DNA of 64,000 nucleotides, from NCBI GenBank assembly GCA_951406725.2, contig OX597814.1, positions 11,346,001 to 11,410,000 of the forward strand, written 5' to 3'. Every line of letters begins with the position of its first letter. The stretch's first letter is position 1. A program made the position numbers and the translations under genes. Below, one piece after another: positions 28,651-43,186 of the stretch. This stretch comes from Octopus vulgaris (lineage: Eukaryota). The notes beneath the pieces are model-generated. The model made no database searches. It was not told the origin of the DNA and saw only the letters and a list, made by a program, of their open reading frames with translations.

Positions 28651-28790
28651 TTGGGTTGGTGCATAATTATTGCGGGTTTTTTTTCAACAAATTGTATTCA
28701 ACAAAAACAATAACAACATGTAACCAAAACATCTTTAAATGATTATTCCGGAGCATATTCACCATCTACTTCAATGACTGCTTCCCAGAG
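28651..28790 (-). mobile_element. Mariner 3' end with Hsmar1/MADE1-like TIR
   Basis: TA|ttgggttggtgcataattattgcgggttttt TIR; minus-strand peptide WEAVIEVDGEYAPE* resembles a mariner C-terminus. Confidence 0.7.
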
Positions 28791-29399
28791 AGGAATGGCT
28801 GAATAGATGAATCGATCAATGGGGGGGACGGTTGGCTGTCTGTCGTACATGTTTTTCTAAATAGATGAATGGAGAGAGGGAATGGCTTGTGGGATGTGTA
28901 GCTTGCTTGTAAACTAGCTGGCTTGATGGATAACTGACTGACAAGCTGCTATCTGCATATCCGTCTATCAACTGCTCTCTGTTCATCTCTCCATCTGCTG
29001 CTATCTGTCTACATATAACACAACATAATATAATACAACATAATACAATACATAACACCCTACACACAAATCCGCCTCTCATAAAACTTAATGGTCTTTT
29101 GAATGTAACCATTTGCTGACATCGGCAGGTATTTCAAAAACATTCCTCTTTTCATTATAATTTCGGTTGTCTTGTTTATTTTTTGTTTTTTGGGTATTTT
29201 TGGGAGATGGTGGGGTTCTGTCTTCTAATTTTCTGTTTAAAAAACATTGTATTTGTGTGTATGTGTCTGTATGCCTAAATATGTTAGTATGTGTATCTGC
29301 ATGTCTGTGTATGTCTGTATGTGTGCCTTGGTATGTGTAGCTATGTGCATCTATATGAACGTGTCTGTTGATATAATATAATTTTGTTATATTGTATGT

Positions 29400-29905
<506 letters not shown>

Positions 29906-30044
29906 GGCCTGTGTCTGCCGCTTTAGCTAAGATTCAATATTAATGTACTTATTATATGCTATTGTTGAATATGTATTATGTATGGTTCTTCTGAGGTTAC
30001 AAAATAGCTACTTTAGTAGTAAGATGCTGTAGAAGACGTTACTG

Positions 30045-30182
30045 GTGTTATTATTGTTGTTGCTGTTGTTGTTGTTGTTGTTGTTGTTGTTAATGTTGCT
30101 CTAGCAGCAGTTGCTGTTCTTGTCGCTGAATCATCATCATCATCATCATTATCATCATCATCGTCATCGTCGTCATCACCAC

Positions 30183-30223
<41 letters not shown>

Positions 30224-30436
30224 CTATCACCCTCATCATCACCACCATCATCATCATCCTCATCCTCATCCTCATCATCCTCATCCTAATCCTCATCGTC
30301 GTCGTCATCATCACCATAATGATCATCATCCTCATTATCATCACCATCATCACCACCATCATCATCATCATCATTGTTATTATTATTCTTGTTATTATCA
30401 TTACTGTTGTTATTATTATCATCATCATCATCATCT

Positions 30437-30522
<86 letters not shown>

Positions 30523-30581
30523 ATTGTTGCTGTTGTTATTATTATTATTATTATTATTATTGTTGTTGTTGTTGTTGTTGC

Positions 30582-30612
<31 letters not shown>

Positions 30613-30622
30613 ATTGTTGCTG

Positions 30623-30665
<43 letters not shown>

Positions 30666-30870
30666 CATTATTATTATTAAGCAAATGCATTTACATACCT
30701 TTTTTATATTTTATTAATCTTGTTCTTTTCATAAGACGGCGGCAACACTTACTGATGACTTTAACAACAACAACAACAACAACAACAACAAAAACCATCA
30801 ACATCAGCAACACCGACGGCGCCAGTAGCACCATCAGTAGCATCACCACCATCAGCTGATGATGATGACT
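30045..30870. repeat. Compound trinucleotide tract (TGT/CAT/TAT/ACA)
   Basis: Seen directly. Confidence 0.95.
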
Positions 30871-31178
30871 ATGATATAAAAGCTGAAGACATCGCCAGTC
30901 GGTTCTTCTGTCGGTTTAGTTACAAAATATTGAAAAGGCTGTTAAGAGCTTTCAAATTCATGGGATTAAGCATTTTAGCGATTGATTGAATCCACACACA
31001 CACACACACATACACATGCAGTTATGAGCATACACACAGATATGCGCATGCGTAGATATGTTGAAGCACGCGCATACGTATACTCATATAAGCAGACACT
31101 AGAGTACGCGTGCATGTGTATACACTCAATACGAAGGAGGAAAGGATGTAGACCATAAGATGCAGCAGTAGCAGCAAC

Positions 31179-31245
<67 letters not shown>

Positions 31246-31655
31246 AGAGGAGGAGGAGGAGGAGGAGGGGGATTGAAAACGAAAATTTGGATAACGAAAA
31301 GAAAGAAAGAAAGAAAGGAAGGAAGGAAGGAAGGAAGGAAGGAAGGAAGGAAGAAAGAAAGAAAGAGAGAAAGAAAGAGAGAAAGGAAAAAAGAAAGAAA
31401 GAAAGAAAGAAAGAAAAAAGAAGGAATGAAAGAATTAATCTGAGCGAAAACAAAAGTTACGTTAGCAATCGTTATTGTTCGGTTCAAATCTCAGATGGTG
31501 GAATGTAGAATGGAAAGAACTCGAAAGAAAGCGCCGTACTTGTATTTAGTGAAGTCAATTTACACCCTTAAACCAATCGCCAACTTAGAAAACTTTGGTC
31601 TTCACCCTTCCAGGGCCATATATTATAACCATATTATTACAGTGAGATTAATACA

Positions 31656-31885
31656 TATCTCTTTATTACCCACAAGGGGCTAAACACAGAGCGGACAAAC
31701 AAGGACAGACATAGGTATTAAGTCGATTACATCGACCCCAGTGCGTAACTGGTACTTAATTTATCGACCCCGAAATGATGAAAGGCAAAGTCGACCTCGG
31801 CGGAATTTGAACTCAGAACGTAACGCAGACGAAATGCCGCTAAGCATTTCGGCCGGCGTGCTAACGTTTCAGCCAGCTCGCCGCC
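31656..31885 (-). mobile_element. Full-length young SINE family A (tail-1) with 15-bp TSD
   Basis: Head ggcggcgagctggctgaaacgttagcac and B-box-like gagttcaaattcc; TSD agtgagattaataca at 31641-31655 and 31886-31900. Confidence 0.93.
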
Positions 31886-32505
31886 AGTGAGATTAATACA
31901 ACCAACTAATATCCCTCTCTCAATTTTTTTTTCCATTCTGCCAAAATTTAACAGAGTCAAAGGAAGAAGCCCCATAACTTGCGGGAACTACTACCGAAAG
32001 AAACTGTCATTCTTCGACTACTGCAATAGAAACCAATGTTGATAAAAAAATTTTAAATTACAAAAAACCTCAGTGCTATCATGTTAAACCGAATGTACCG
32101 CCGCTCAAGATTATATAAACAATTCCTTTGACGGATTTATGTGTAGATTCTTTCCTCGCATTTTTACTCCGAAATACTTGGGTTTAAACCCAGACGAGTG
32201 TGGAAGAAAATTCTCTCTTACAGTAAAAGGTGATTCCCATTGAGGAAGGCTAAAGAGCCAGAAATGTGCATCTGTTGTTTCCCAATGAGGATTGCTGAAG
32301 CGTCAGAAACGCACGTCTGTGAATACGATAGGGGGAAGCACCGGGCAGATATGGTGTTTTTACACATTCTATCATAAGAGAGAATTTTTTTCTTCACGGT
32401 AACTGCACTGAATTTACCTTTAGAAGTTACTATGTGCCACAAACATATTAACTTAAAGTTCGTTTATTCCTAATCCCCGTATGGTGCTCCTACTGGTCTC
32501 CCCCA

Positions 32506-32560
<55 letters not shown>

Positions 32561-32682
32561 GAGAGAGAGAGAGAGAGAGAGAGGCAATTCGAGGATGTTA
32601 GATCCACATTAGGGATTATATAATCCTCAAAATTCTAGTGCTTAATCACCATGATATGTTAGGGTTTTTTGTATTAATACCT

Positions 32683-33297
32683 ATTCTTTCTATTCTAGGC
32701 ACAAGGCCCAAAATGTTTGGGGAGGGGGCAGTCGATTAGATCGACCCCTGTATGCAACTAATACTTAGTTTATCATCCCTGAAAGGATAAAAGGCAAAGT
32801 CGACCTCGGCGGAATTTGAACTTAGAACGTAAAGACAGACGAAATACCGCAAAGCATTTCGCCCGGTGTGCTAACATTTCTTATTTCTTTATTGCCCACA
32901 AGGGGCTAAAGATAGAGGGGGACAAACAAGGACAGACAAGGAGATTAAGTCGATTACATCGACCCAGTGCGTAACTGGTACTTATTTATCGACCCCGAAA
33001 GGATGAAAGGAAAAGTCGACCTCGGCGGAATCTGAACTCAGAACGAAAAGACGGACGAAATACCTATTTCTTTACTACCCATAAGGAGCTAAACACAGAG
33101 AGAACAAACAAGGACAGACAAATGGATTAAGTCGATTATATCGACCCCAGTGCGTAACTGGTACTTATTTAATCGACCCCGAAAGGATGAAAGGCAAAGT
33201 CGACCTCGGCGGAATCTGAACTCAGAATGTAGCGGCAGGTGAAATACCGCTAAGCATTTCGCCCAGCGTGCTAACGTTTCTGCCAGCTCGCCGCCTT
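32683..33297 (-). mobile_element. SINE family A trimer: head-body-tail1 / body-tail1 / body-tail2
   Basis: Three gtcgacctcggcggaat cores; junctions at ~33064 and ~32881. Confidence 0.92.
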
Positions 33298-33377
33298 ACA
33301 TATTATTAATATTGAAAGAAACAAGATGGAAGAAAATTGAGGTATGAATAATTTATTTGTATGATATAAAGATGTTG

Positions 33378-33441
<64 letters not shown>

Positions 33442-33672
33442 ACAATACAAATAAATCATGACTGGTAAAGCTCAAAAAGAAATGGCAGATGCTTCCTAGG
33501 AGCATGAACTGAAAAATATATGTAGGTTTTTTTCGCATCTGCATTTTCTTTTTGAACTTTACAACTTATAATTTATTTGTATTATTATGAAAAAAAAATT
33601 TTAAACATCTTAACATTATAGAAATAAATTATTCATGCATCGACTTTTCTCCATTTTCTTTCAATATTAACA

Positions 33673-33755
<83 letters not shown>

Positions 33756-33894
33756 CGTGTGTTTTCAATGTATACAAATAACATGGAAAAAAACAAATAA
33801 ATAGTTACCAGGTAGGAAAAAGTTCGCATAAGTACCGAGGATATAATAACCTACTTAAAAGGGCTTAGTGAAATGTTTTTGTATAACAGATAAA

Positions 33895-34750
33895 TAAAGA
33901 AATGGAGTCAAGCGCAGGTATTATTCAAATCTTTATACTTCCGACATATGTTTCGAAGAAAACATTGGTATTATTTCAGAAAGAATAAAATGATGTAAAA
34001 CAATGCGATCTTCGCATCAGGGAAAAAAGATAGATGAAACACATCAATAAGCCATTTTAACCGAATGTGATGACTGTGTATATGATAAAGGGAACGCTGG
34101 CAATTTTTTTTTAAAAAAACAGCCGTTAATAGATTTAAGGTCAAATATAATTTAGAGAAAGAAGAAAGAAGAGAAGGAAGAGAAAAAAAGAAATTAGCAG
34201 AAAACTAAGAGTGGGGAAATGTAGTGCGATAGATGAATGGAAATAAAGCTTAAAGGCGTGGAAGTAGATATATTTAGTGGAAAAGAAATGTAAGAAGACT
34301 GTCAAAGGTCGAATTTTATAGATTGCTAGAAATTACTTATAGGAACTAAAGGTATGTTTTTGCCAACGTTTACAACGATAAACGCGATCTTTAAACGTAT
34401 TTTCAAGAGAATTCTCTGAGAACAGGATGAGATACAGTTCATCGTTACAGAGCTGACAAGATGATTTACCTTTATCATATGGGAAGGACCTATATTGCAT
34501 TTGACGTTAAATCTATTAACGGTTTTTCTTTTTAAATAACCTGCCAGCGTTCCCTTCATCATATACAAAGTCATCACACTCGGTTAAAATAGCTTATTGA
34601 TGTATTTTGTTTCTCTTTTCGTCCCTGGTGAGAAGATCGCATTGTTTACATCATTTTATTCCTTCTGGAATAATATCAAGGTTTTCTTCGAAACATACGT
34701 TGAAAGTATAAAGATTTGAATAACACCTGCGTTTAACTCCATTTCTTTTT
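33895..34750. repeat. Long imperfect inverted repeat (arms ~33895-34150 and ~34495-34750), PLE pseudo-LTR pair with a hammerhead-like motif in each arm
   Basis: Arms are reverse complements. Minus 33939-34024: TTCC CTGATGC GAAGA..TCTTC GAAAC ATAT GTC GGAA. Plus 34622-34705: CTGGTGA GAAGA..TCTTC GAAAC ATAC GTT. Confidence 0.8.
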
Positions 34751-34776
34751 TCTATATTTATTTATCTATCTATATA

Positions 34777-35335
34777 CTAGCGGGCCTTCCGGTCTGTACA
34801 GTGTTGAAATGTATTCATAAGGCACATATTGGCATCTATCGTGATGCCTATTTTCCATACAATAAAAGTTGTTAAAAGGTATTTAAATATTGCATAACAT
34901 AATTTTTAAAATTTAGTTAGAATATCTAAATACAGTAATATGCATAATAACAGAGGAAGGTACTGTAAAAAATTATAAAACATATACAGAACTTCAGTAT
35001 ATACAATGGTTTGAACATTTTTCTTTGGCGCATATATGAAAGGTTTCTGTGAGCTTCCTACTCTGGAACAACCGGCATACGTGATAAACAACCTAATTAT
35101 GGATGAAGACCGACAACCTGCACTATTTCACTTTGCAACTTGTTAATGTTTATTGCGTAACTGACTCTCACTGGGAATTGCAATCGTTTGAAACGAAAAG
35201 AGGACACCTGTTGGTATTAGCGGTATTCTGGGTATAAATACGATGTCTCCCTTACTACACCCAGTGAGGATTTTTGCTTCAATAATGTGAGGCTGTAGTT
35301 CGGTCACAATCATACATGCACCATTGCACAATCAT
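34777..35335 (-). mobile_element. Helitron 3' fragment (PIF1-like helicase C-terminus and CTAG terminus)
   Basis: CNGACMIVTELQPHIIEAKILTGCSKGDIVFIPRIPLIP..KRLQFPVRVSYAININK..CSRVG; ends in GC-rich gaccggaaggcccg followed by CTAG|T. Confidence 0.85.
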
Positions 35336-35369
35336 GGCTGATCCAGGTTATATATATATATATATATAT

Positions 35370-35580
35370 AAAGGGAAAGTTTATGAAAATAAACAAAAGA
35401 CGAAGGCAGGTGGAGTACAAACAAACAAATGTATTAGTATAGCGCTCAGGAATAGAAAAAGTCTTTTACGTTTCGAGCCTACGCTCTTCGACAGAAAGAG
35501 ACACAGAAAAAAACAAGGAGAGAAGCAAAGAGAGAAAAAATGCGTGTAGGAGCTAACGATCTATCATGGCGTCCTGTTTC
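35370..35580 (-). mobile_element. PLE pseudo-LTR-like repeat with minimal hammerhead-like variant (35462-35499)
   Basis: Minus: TCTTT CTGTCGA AGAGC gtag GCTC GAAAC GTA AAAGA; follows (TA)n. Confidence 0.5.
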
Positions 35581-36839
35581 TTTCTCCCTTTGTCTCACTT
35601 GTTTTTCTCCCTAACGCCCTTTCTATTTGTTTTTCTCTAGAGCGAAAAAGATGTAGAGGTAGTGAGAGATAGAGACATAGTGAGAGACATATTGACAGAG
35701 AGAAAACAGAGCCCGGCGGCGACTCCAAAGGAATAAATGTAATATATAAACTTAGAGAAAGTTGGAAGTGGATTGAGTGATAGGTGGAGAATTTTTTCAC
35801 TCTGTAAAAAGCATTACGGTGAAACAGAGAGTACAAGGATTTCTAGAAATAGGAGCCAATACTCCACCAACTCTCCCCCACCCCACTCCTAATTCGCTTT
35901 CGGATAATAAGTGCACAGTTATCTGCGTAATGGTTCAATTGATTTAAATTACATGGAAAACTTGAAATATTATCAATTAAATTTAGTGTTTTCAGCGGTC
36001 AACGTACAAACAAAACTTTGCTTTTTATAAGAATGGGATAAAGTCTATTTGTATTAAAAAGTGATAATCGATGTTAGACATTTGTTGTTAATGAATATTT
36101 TTCCATTTTCTGTTTACTTTAAATTTGATTCCTGGTAAACTCATGTTTATCTTTGTCATTTCCTGTATCCTATGAGCATAATATGCTTGCTTATGTATGC
36201 CCACAGTTAACATAGGTAATTATGTCGGCAGTAAAACGGATATTTTTATCCCTTAGACGGTTATTCCAACCTCTAACTCTACTATCCTTTTTATAAGGAT
36301 ATATATATATATACATATTAATATACAGAGCATATAGTTATGAGCTACTAATAGTAGTTTCAAACGTTGAAGATAGTATCTAGGCAGGTTTGAGAAGAAC
36401 CCTAGAGGTTCCAAGTAATATTCAGGTTCATGAACATTGATTCGAATGAAATGTAAGAATTTCTGGAGTAACAATAGAAGTCAATGAAAACAGGAATGTT
36501 GTTTACAACATACCAAAATATAGCCAAACAATTATTCCTTGAGGTGCGGTCAAAGTAAAGAATTCTAAACGGGCCCACCAAATCGTGGCATCTAAGCCAC
36601 ATACTGATTGGTCAAAATAAAAAATACAGTTCGTAAGATTCAGCCTGCTGGAACCCATTGGAAGATATTTAAAGGATAAATCTAACCTTTTACTGCAGTT
36701 GTCAGTTGTGGAACACAACTGTCATTACATAAACGTGATGATTGTGTAACGCATGAAAATGTGTATTTATGCATGTATTATGTGTATGTATGTATATCTA
36801 TACACACACACACACACACACACGCGCGCATATATCCTT

Positions 36840-37390
36840 TATCTTTTACTTGATTTAATTATCAAATTGCTTGGGCATCTCCTTGAAGAGTCTTTTAGTT
36901 GAATGAATCGACCCCAATGTCCTTTCAATTTTTTCTTTTTTTTTTGTCAAGCCCAGTGCATATTCAGTCGGTCGCTATTGTCAAACCACTAGGTTACGAG
37001 GACGTAAACTCATCAGCACCGGTTGGCAAGCATTATTGGGGAGTAAACACTAATACAAACACACAAACATATGCGACAAGCTTCTTTCAATTTCCATCCA
37101 CCAAATCCACTCGCAAAGTTTCGGCTAACCTGAGGCTATAGTAGAAGACACTTGCTCAAAGTGCCACACAGTGGGACTGAGCCCAAAACCATGTGCTTAG
37201 AAAGCAAATTTCTTACCACACAGCTACACCCGTGCCTGTATAAAGTGTCTGAATTGCCTCCATTTTAAAGGTGCTTAATTTTATTGACCCTGAAAGGATC
37301 GAATGTAAAGTTGACCTTGGCAGTACGTAAAAAGCCAGGTGCTATGAAGCATTTTGTTTGACACCCTGACGATTTTGCCAGCTTGCGACC
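36840..37390 (-). mobile_element. Old SINE B (36840-37240) and SINE A (37270-37390) copies
   Basis: Reverse-complement similarity to the younger copies. Confidence 0.7.
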
Positions 37391-37487
<97 letters not shown>

Positions 37488-37613
37488 TGTGTTTATGTGT
37501 GTGTGTGTGTATGTATATGTGTATATATATATATGTATATATATATATATGTGTGTGTATATATATACATACATACATACAAATATATATATATCTATCT
37601 ATCTATCTATCTA

Positions 37614-37671
<58 letters not shown>

Positions 37672-37725
37672 GTGTAGGAAGAAATGGAGGTGAACGAAGA
37701 TTTAACAAAATTCTTTTTTATTATT

Positions 37726-37806
37726 TTCTACATATGTTTCAAAGGCTGCAAAGTCCCTAATTCGGATTGAATAAGGAGTCCATTTTGCAGCCTTCTCTTC
37801 AGGAAA
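37726..37806 (-). ncRNA. Type I hammerhead ribozyme motif with intact core
   Basis: Minus: TTC CTGAAGA GAAGGCTGCAAA-loop-TTTGCAGCCTTT GAAAC ATAT GTA GAA; palindromic ACATATGT helix III. Confidence 0.75.
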
Positions 37807-37937
37807 ATCCAGGAACTTAATTCTCCAACAAAATGCACAGCAAGCTTTTCGACAAACGCTCACGAGGAGCCCATGGAATACTATATATATATATATATAT
37901 AAATTCATAAATTAAAACAGATTAGGAGATCGAAAAT

Positions 37938-37980
37938 CCACCTGACGAATGTCATTGAAGACATGAAACGATTGTAGTGG
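37938..37980 (+). ncRNA. Minimal type I hammerhead ribozyme motif with intact core
   Basis: CCAC CTGACGA ATGTC attgaa GACAT GAAAC gatt GTA GTGG; stems I and II pair perfectly. Confidence 0.8.
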
Positions 37981-38243
37981 CGGTTTATTTCTTTATATTA
38001 AAAATGTTTATGTATTGATTAAGTCTTTCCTTGTTTGTTTTTCAAAATAGTGGTTTTGTCTCGAATTAATATTATATATATATATATATATACTAAAGTA
38101 TTAATTAGAAGGAAACAAATAATTTGAATGTCAATAATACTCTTCATCAAAGCCGACACACATCTAAACAACAGCTTAAACATATTCTTACAATATCATG
38201 AATAATTTTCTGAATTTATTTAAAATTCTGAATCCGTGCATAT

Positions 38244-38328
38244 TCTCTGATGAAGGAAATGTGGATCACTGAAGATGAAAAGGAATTGCCAACGCACTTC
38301 TTCGCACTTTCCCTGAAACGGCCGTAAG
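38244..38328 (+). ncRNA. Type I hammerhead motif with large loop II, between inverted repeats 38093-38170 / 38543-38616
   Basis: TCT CTGATGA AGGAAA...TTTCCCT GAAAC GGCC GTA AGA; palindromic ACGGCCGT. Confidence 0.65.
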
Positions 38329-38780
38329 ATTCTCTCGTATTTACTGGATTCGTTTGAGGACTTCCCATTTCGATTATTGTGAACTGCCATCGTACACAAC
38401 TTCGAGACTTTTTGATGTATTTATGCAATTCTTTAGCCGACATTGATTTGGGCACTGAATTACACTATTATACGTATGTATATACATATGTTTTTATATG
38501 TTATATGTTCGCATATTCATAATGGCTTATATATACCCTCTGTGTTTGGATGTGTGTCGGATTTGATGAGGAGTATTATTGACCTTGAACTTTGTATGTT
38601 TCTAATTAATACTTTAATCTAATCACTCAGTAAATTGAGCCCTATGCTGTTGTTTCTTGAAAAGAGTTCACCTCTTTAATATTTTATTACCTCTCTATAT
38701 ATATACACACACACAAACACACACATATATATGTATATATATATATAGAGAGAGAGAGAGAAAGAAAGAGAGAGAATAGG

Positions 38781-38815
<35 letters not shown>

Positions 38816-38859
38816 CGGGGGAGGGGAAGAAACACAGATATGGAGACATAAATATATGC

Positions 38860-38945
<86 letters not shown>

Positions 38946-38989
38946 ATATATATGTATATATATATATATATTATATATATATATAAAGA

Positions 38990-39160
38990 TATACACGATT
39001 GGCTTCTTTCTGTTTCCGTCTACCAAATCGACTCGCAACGCTATGGTTGGCCCGAGGCTATAGTAGAAGATATTTGCTCAACGTTCCACGCAATGGGACT
39101 GAACCCAGAACTATGCTATAGCTGCGAAGCAAACTTCTTACCACACAACCACGCCGGCGC
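38990..39160 (-). mobile_element. SINE family B 5' half
   Basis: ttccgtctaccaaatc..gggactgaaccc..cttaccacacaaccacgcc. Confidence 0.8.
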
Positions 39161-39169
39161 CTCTCTCTC

Positions 39170-39203
<34 letters not shown>

Positions 39204-39207
39204 AGTA

Positions 39208-39274
<67 letters not shown>

Positions 39275-39684
39275 ATATAAGTATAAGAGTGTGTATATGC
39301 TCACTCAGAAATACTCCCTCCCACAGACACGCGCGCATGCGTAAATACACACCCCAAGATACGCACAATTATCTTACAACATATTTAGCTAACAACTTTA
39401 TTTCTGTTTTTTCTCACCCATCTTTGTTTTCTTTTGTTTTGTTTTTTGTTCTTCTTTTATTTAGACGGCGACAATAACACTATTGTTTCTGCTGCCAACT
39501 TCTTGAAAAGAACAAGATTGGTAAATGGTAAGTTAGTGAAAGATGGTGACAGAAGTATGGAATCAGTGTCAGACATTTATAATGACCACCAATATAGTTA
39601 TTCATTGTGGCTTCTTCCATTAACTGTAACAAACCATTTAAAAGCTAATACTGATATGTTGCTATTCCAAATACTGATTACTAC

Positions 39685-39966
<282 letters not shown>

Positions 39967-42582
39967 TCGTGTTGCTCTTATTGTTGTTACACTGGTAAAA
40001 GACAAAATGGAAGACGATTAAACACGAAAGCGAAAGAGTGACATTAACTGGGAAAAAGATCATGTATGTTTATCTGAGTATATTTATTTGGGTGTATGTG
40101 TGTGTTTAAATAGTTGTGTGTGTTTGTGTGTTTATATATCTTAGTATCTGTGCGTATGCATGGGTGTACGTCTGTGTGCTTGTGTAGATATGTTTATCTC
40201 GTATGTCTCAGTTTTCTCCATGTATATGTGTGTGAGAGAGAGAGAGTGTGTGTGTGTGTATGTGTCTGTGTGTATTTGTGTGTGTGCATGCGCTCGTGTG
40301 TGAGTGTGTGCGTGGTTGTCTATATATATGCGCTTGTATGTCTGTAAGTGTACGGTTATATTTCTGAGTGTATTTACATGAATTTGTCGATATATGATTG
40401 TGTTTGTTTAGGTTTATGTCAAATGTTTTCATGTCTGTATATGTGTATTTTTTTATGTACTTGTGGTGTTTATCTATGCTTTTTTTCTCTCCGTGTTTAC
40501 ATCTGTATACGCGCGCGTGTGTGTATGTGTATGTGTGTGTGTGTGTGTGTGTGTCTATTCATGTATATTTACCGGTGTTAGTTTCTGTATGTGTGCATTT
40601 GTGTATGTGTGTGTGTTTCTCATGACCTTCCTTTTGACATCATTATCTTGTCTTCCTCCTCTATCATTTTATCAAATTCATTACCGCCTCTCCAACCTCA
40701 CTTCAGCATTCTTCACTTAGGCTCTTTTTCTTTTACTTTAAATTTTACATTTCATTGTTCGTAGCTTGAGTGGTTGTTACTCTTTATACTTTTCCCAGTT
40801 TTTTCTATTCATTTGGCTCTTTTAATTATGTTCTTGTTGCAATTGTTTAGCACCCAGATCAGCTCTGAGTTGATCAATATATCAAAGACGTTCTACCCGT
40901 GACTATTCCATTTTTTATTCAGACGTTTTACATCTAGAACTTCTTTATCCTACAATATGTTCTTCTCTTTGATGGAACGACCATATACAGCCTCCTTCAT
41001 AGAATGTGGTGATATGTTATTGCTGTTGATGCTGTTTAACCCCGAGTTAGTGGTTATTAAACAGAACTATGATCAAAGACATTCAAACTGTGGCCATCTA
41101 TTTTTTGTTTTGAGATAATTCTTAATGAATCAACAGAGAAATAAAAGACAAGATGGTGACAGTTAGAACGTACATGATTGTAGGCTTGTTCGATCAGGGT
41201 TGTCCTGGAGCTAAACAATAATGACATGGCATTTAGAATGGCATAAACGCTTCGCATTTCCTCCCCCTTTATATTGTGGCATTTTTGTCTATGAAATTAA
41301 TCTATGTAATTGTTTCCCCAGTTATTCATTTCCAAAACCAAATTAAGCTGACGAAATTGACAAAACGTCCTGATATATGTAAACCGAAATAGGTAAATCG
41401 GCGATTTTTTTTTTCTTTTTCGTAGTCCTGTCTGTCTGATGAGAGGTGTCTGTTTTTGAGTAATTCTCCGTAAGCCAACCTTAAGAAAAACAAATTGATT
41501 GTCACAGATAGTATGACATTGATTTTCGGTCGGTTTGTTTGATAAGAGCTGATTGAGGAAGCAACATGGCAATAACTACAACTCCTGTTCTCATTTCGAC
41601 TCCAACTTAGTGCGACAAATATCAAAAATCCTAATCAAAAAACCTATTTCACGTTTCAGGTAGACACAGCAGAGTACAGATGGCACGATAAACTTTATAA
41701 AATATATTCAGTTCAAAATAGTCCTCATGGTGATATAATTTATTGCTTCATATCACAGCGGCGGGAGTAAATGTGGAATTGGTAAGCCATGCATTAAGAT
41801 TGTATTGTAGAATTCAGTTGTTCTTGCTTACAAGCCAACATTTTATTCAGTGTCGTAGATTTCAAACCTCACACAATACCAAGGTTGTTCTTGGTTGGGT
41901 GGAGCTGGTCTGAAAAATCGAAGTTGCGAATCAACTTACGTTCTCATCAAACACTATTATGACGATGTTTGTTTCGCATGTGTTATATATATATATATAT
42001 ATATATATGCTTTATTATTAAAGCTGTAAAAACATCACCGAAATATCACAACAACTTGCTACTGTTCGTCAGACAGTTTCGATTGAGAATGGAACAACAA
42101 ATTAAGGTTATATTTATAAATATACAATTTACATTGACAGATATACATTTGAAACTGGTTTCATTTCTTTGGTCCTTTCAACTAATGCTTTTTTTAAAAA
42201 AATAAATGTTGATATACATAAAGTTAAAATTAAAAGATTTAAAAATCATATTATGTAAAACCGAAGAAAACCTTAAATCAAAAATTAACTTCAGTTAGAC
42301 GGAAAACATATATAACTAGAATAAATTAATTAATGATACAATAAATTTAATTAAAATAAATACAAATTTGTTTATGATAAAATATTTGCTTGCAAAGATC
42401 CAACAGCATAAAAATATAAACACCAGTTAATCACATACAAACATATACAAACATTCACTTATACATACACACACTAAAAACATATACGTACACATATGCA
42501 CTAAACATACAAACGTTGGCACATGCATACATACAAATATACAAACATACACACACATACACATACGTATATATTTATATAT

Positions 42583-42740
42583 ATACGACGGGCTTCTTTC
42601 AGTTTCCGTCTGCCAAATCCACTCACAAGGCTTTGGTCGGCCCGAGGCTATAGTAGAAAGACACTTGCCCAAGGTGCCACGCAATGAGACTGAACCCGGA
42701 ACCATGTGGTTGATAACCAAGGTACTTACCACACAGTCAC
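42583..42740 (-). mobile_element. SINE family B 5' half
   Basis: cgacgggcttctttcagtttccgtc..cacttgcccaaggtgccacgc..gaacccggaaccatgtgg. Confidence 0.88.
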
Positions 42741-42765
42741 TAACATATATATATATGTATATATA

Positions 42766-42809
<44 letters not shown>

Positions 42810-43186
42810 CACACACTCACACACTCTCACACACACATACATTCACACATACACACACACATCATAGGTCTCCGTGCGTATGTCCTAAATGCACAACTTT
42901 GTTGTTAAAAGTTAGAAAGAACTGGAATAAGAAGTGGTGGGAGGAAGAAGAAAGAGAGAGAGAAAATAGAATGAGAGAGAGAAAATGATTTGAAAAATAG
43001 CGTTTTTAAAGAACCTAGCAAATAGATACGTTAAAGCCTTCGGTATAAGCATGTAAACACATTCATAAAATGGCATGCATATCAATATATATATACATAC
43101 ATATATATAGTAGTAACACACATGTATACACGCATAAAAATATACCAATAAACATATACGCATATATATACCTACATATATATATA

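Noticed and set aside
30090-30859. Poly-His/Asn/Ile/Leu ORFs (also 39434-40063, 57723-59180, 60938-61331)
   Set aside because: Stop-free frames produced by trinucleotide microsatellites.
33195-33297. tRNA gene
   Set aside because: A/B-box-like motifs belong to SINE heads; no complete cloverleaf or terminator was recognised.
36130-36740. Possible degraded PLE RT on the minus strand (LPMGS.., YVVNNI resembling YxDD)
   Set aside because: Too few residues match to call without a profile search.
41280-41965. Complex sequence with short ORFs, possibly an exon or old transposon (also 7067-7390)
   Set aside because: No recognisable motif or consistent splice signals.
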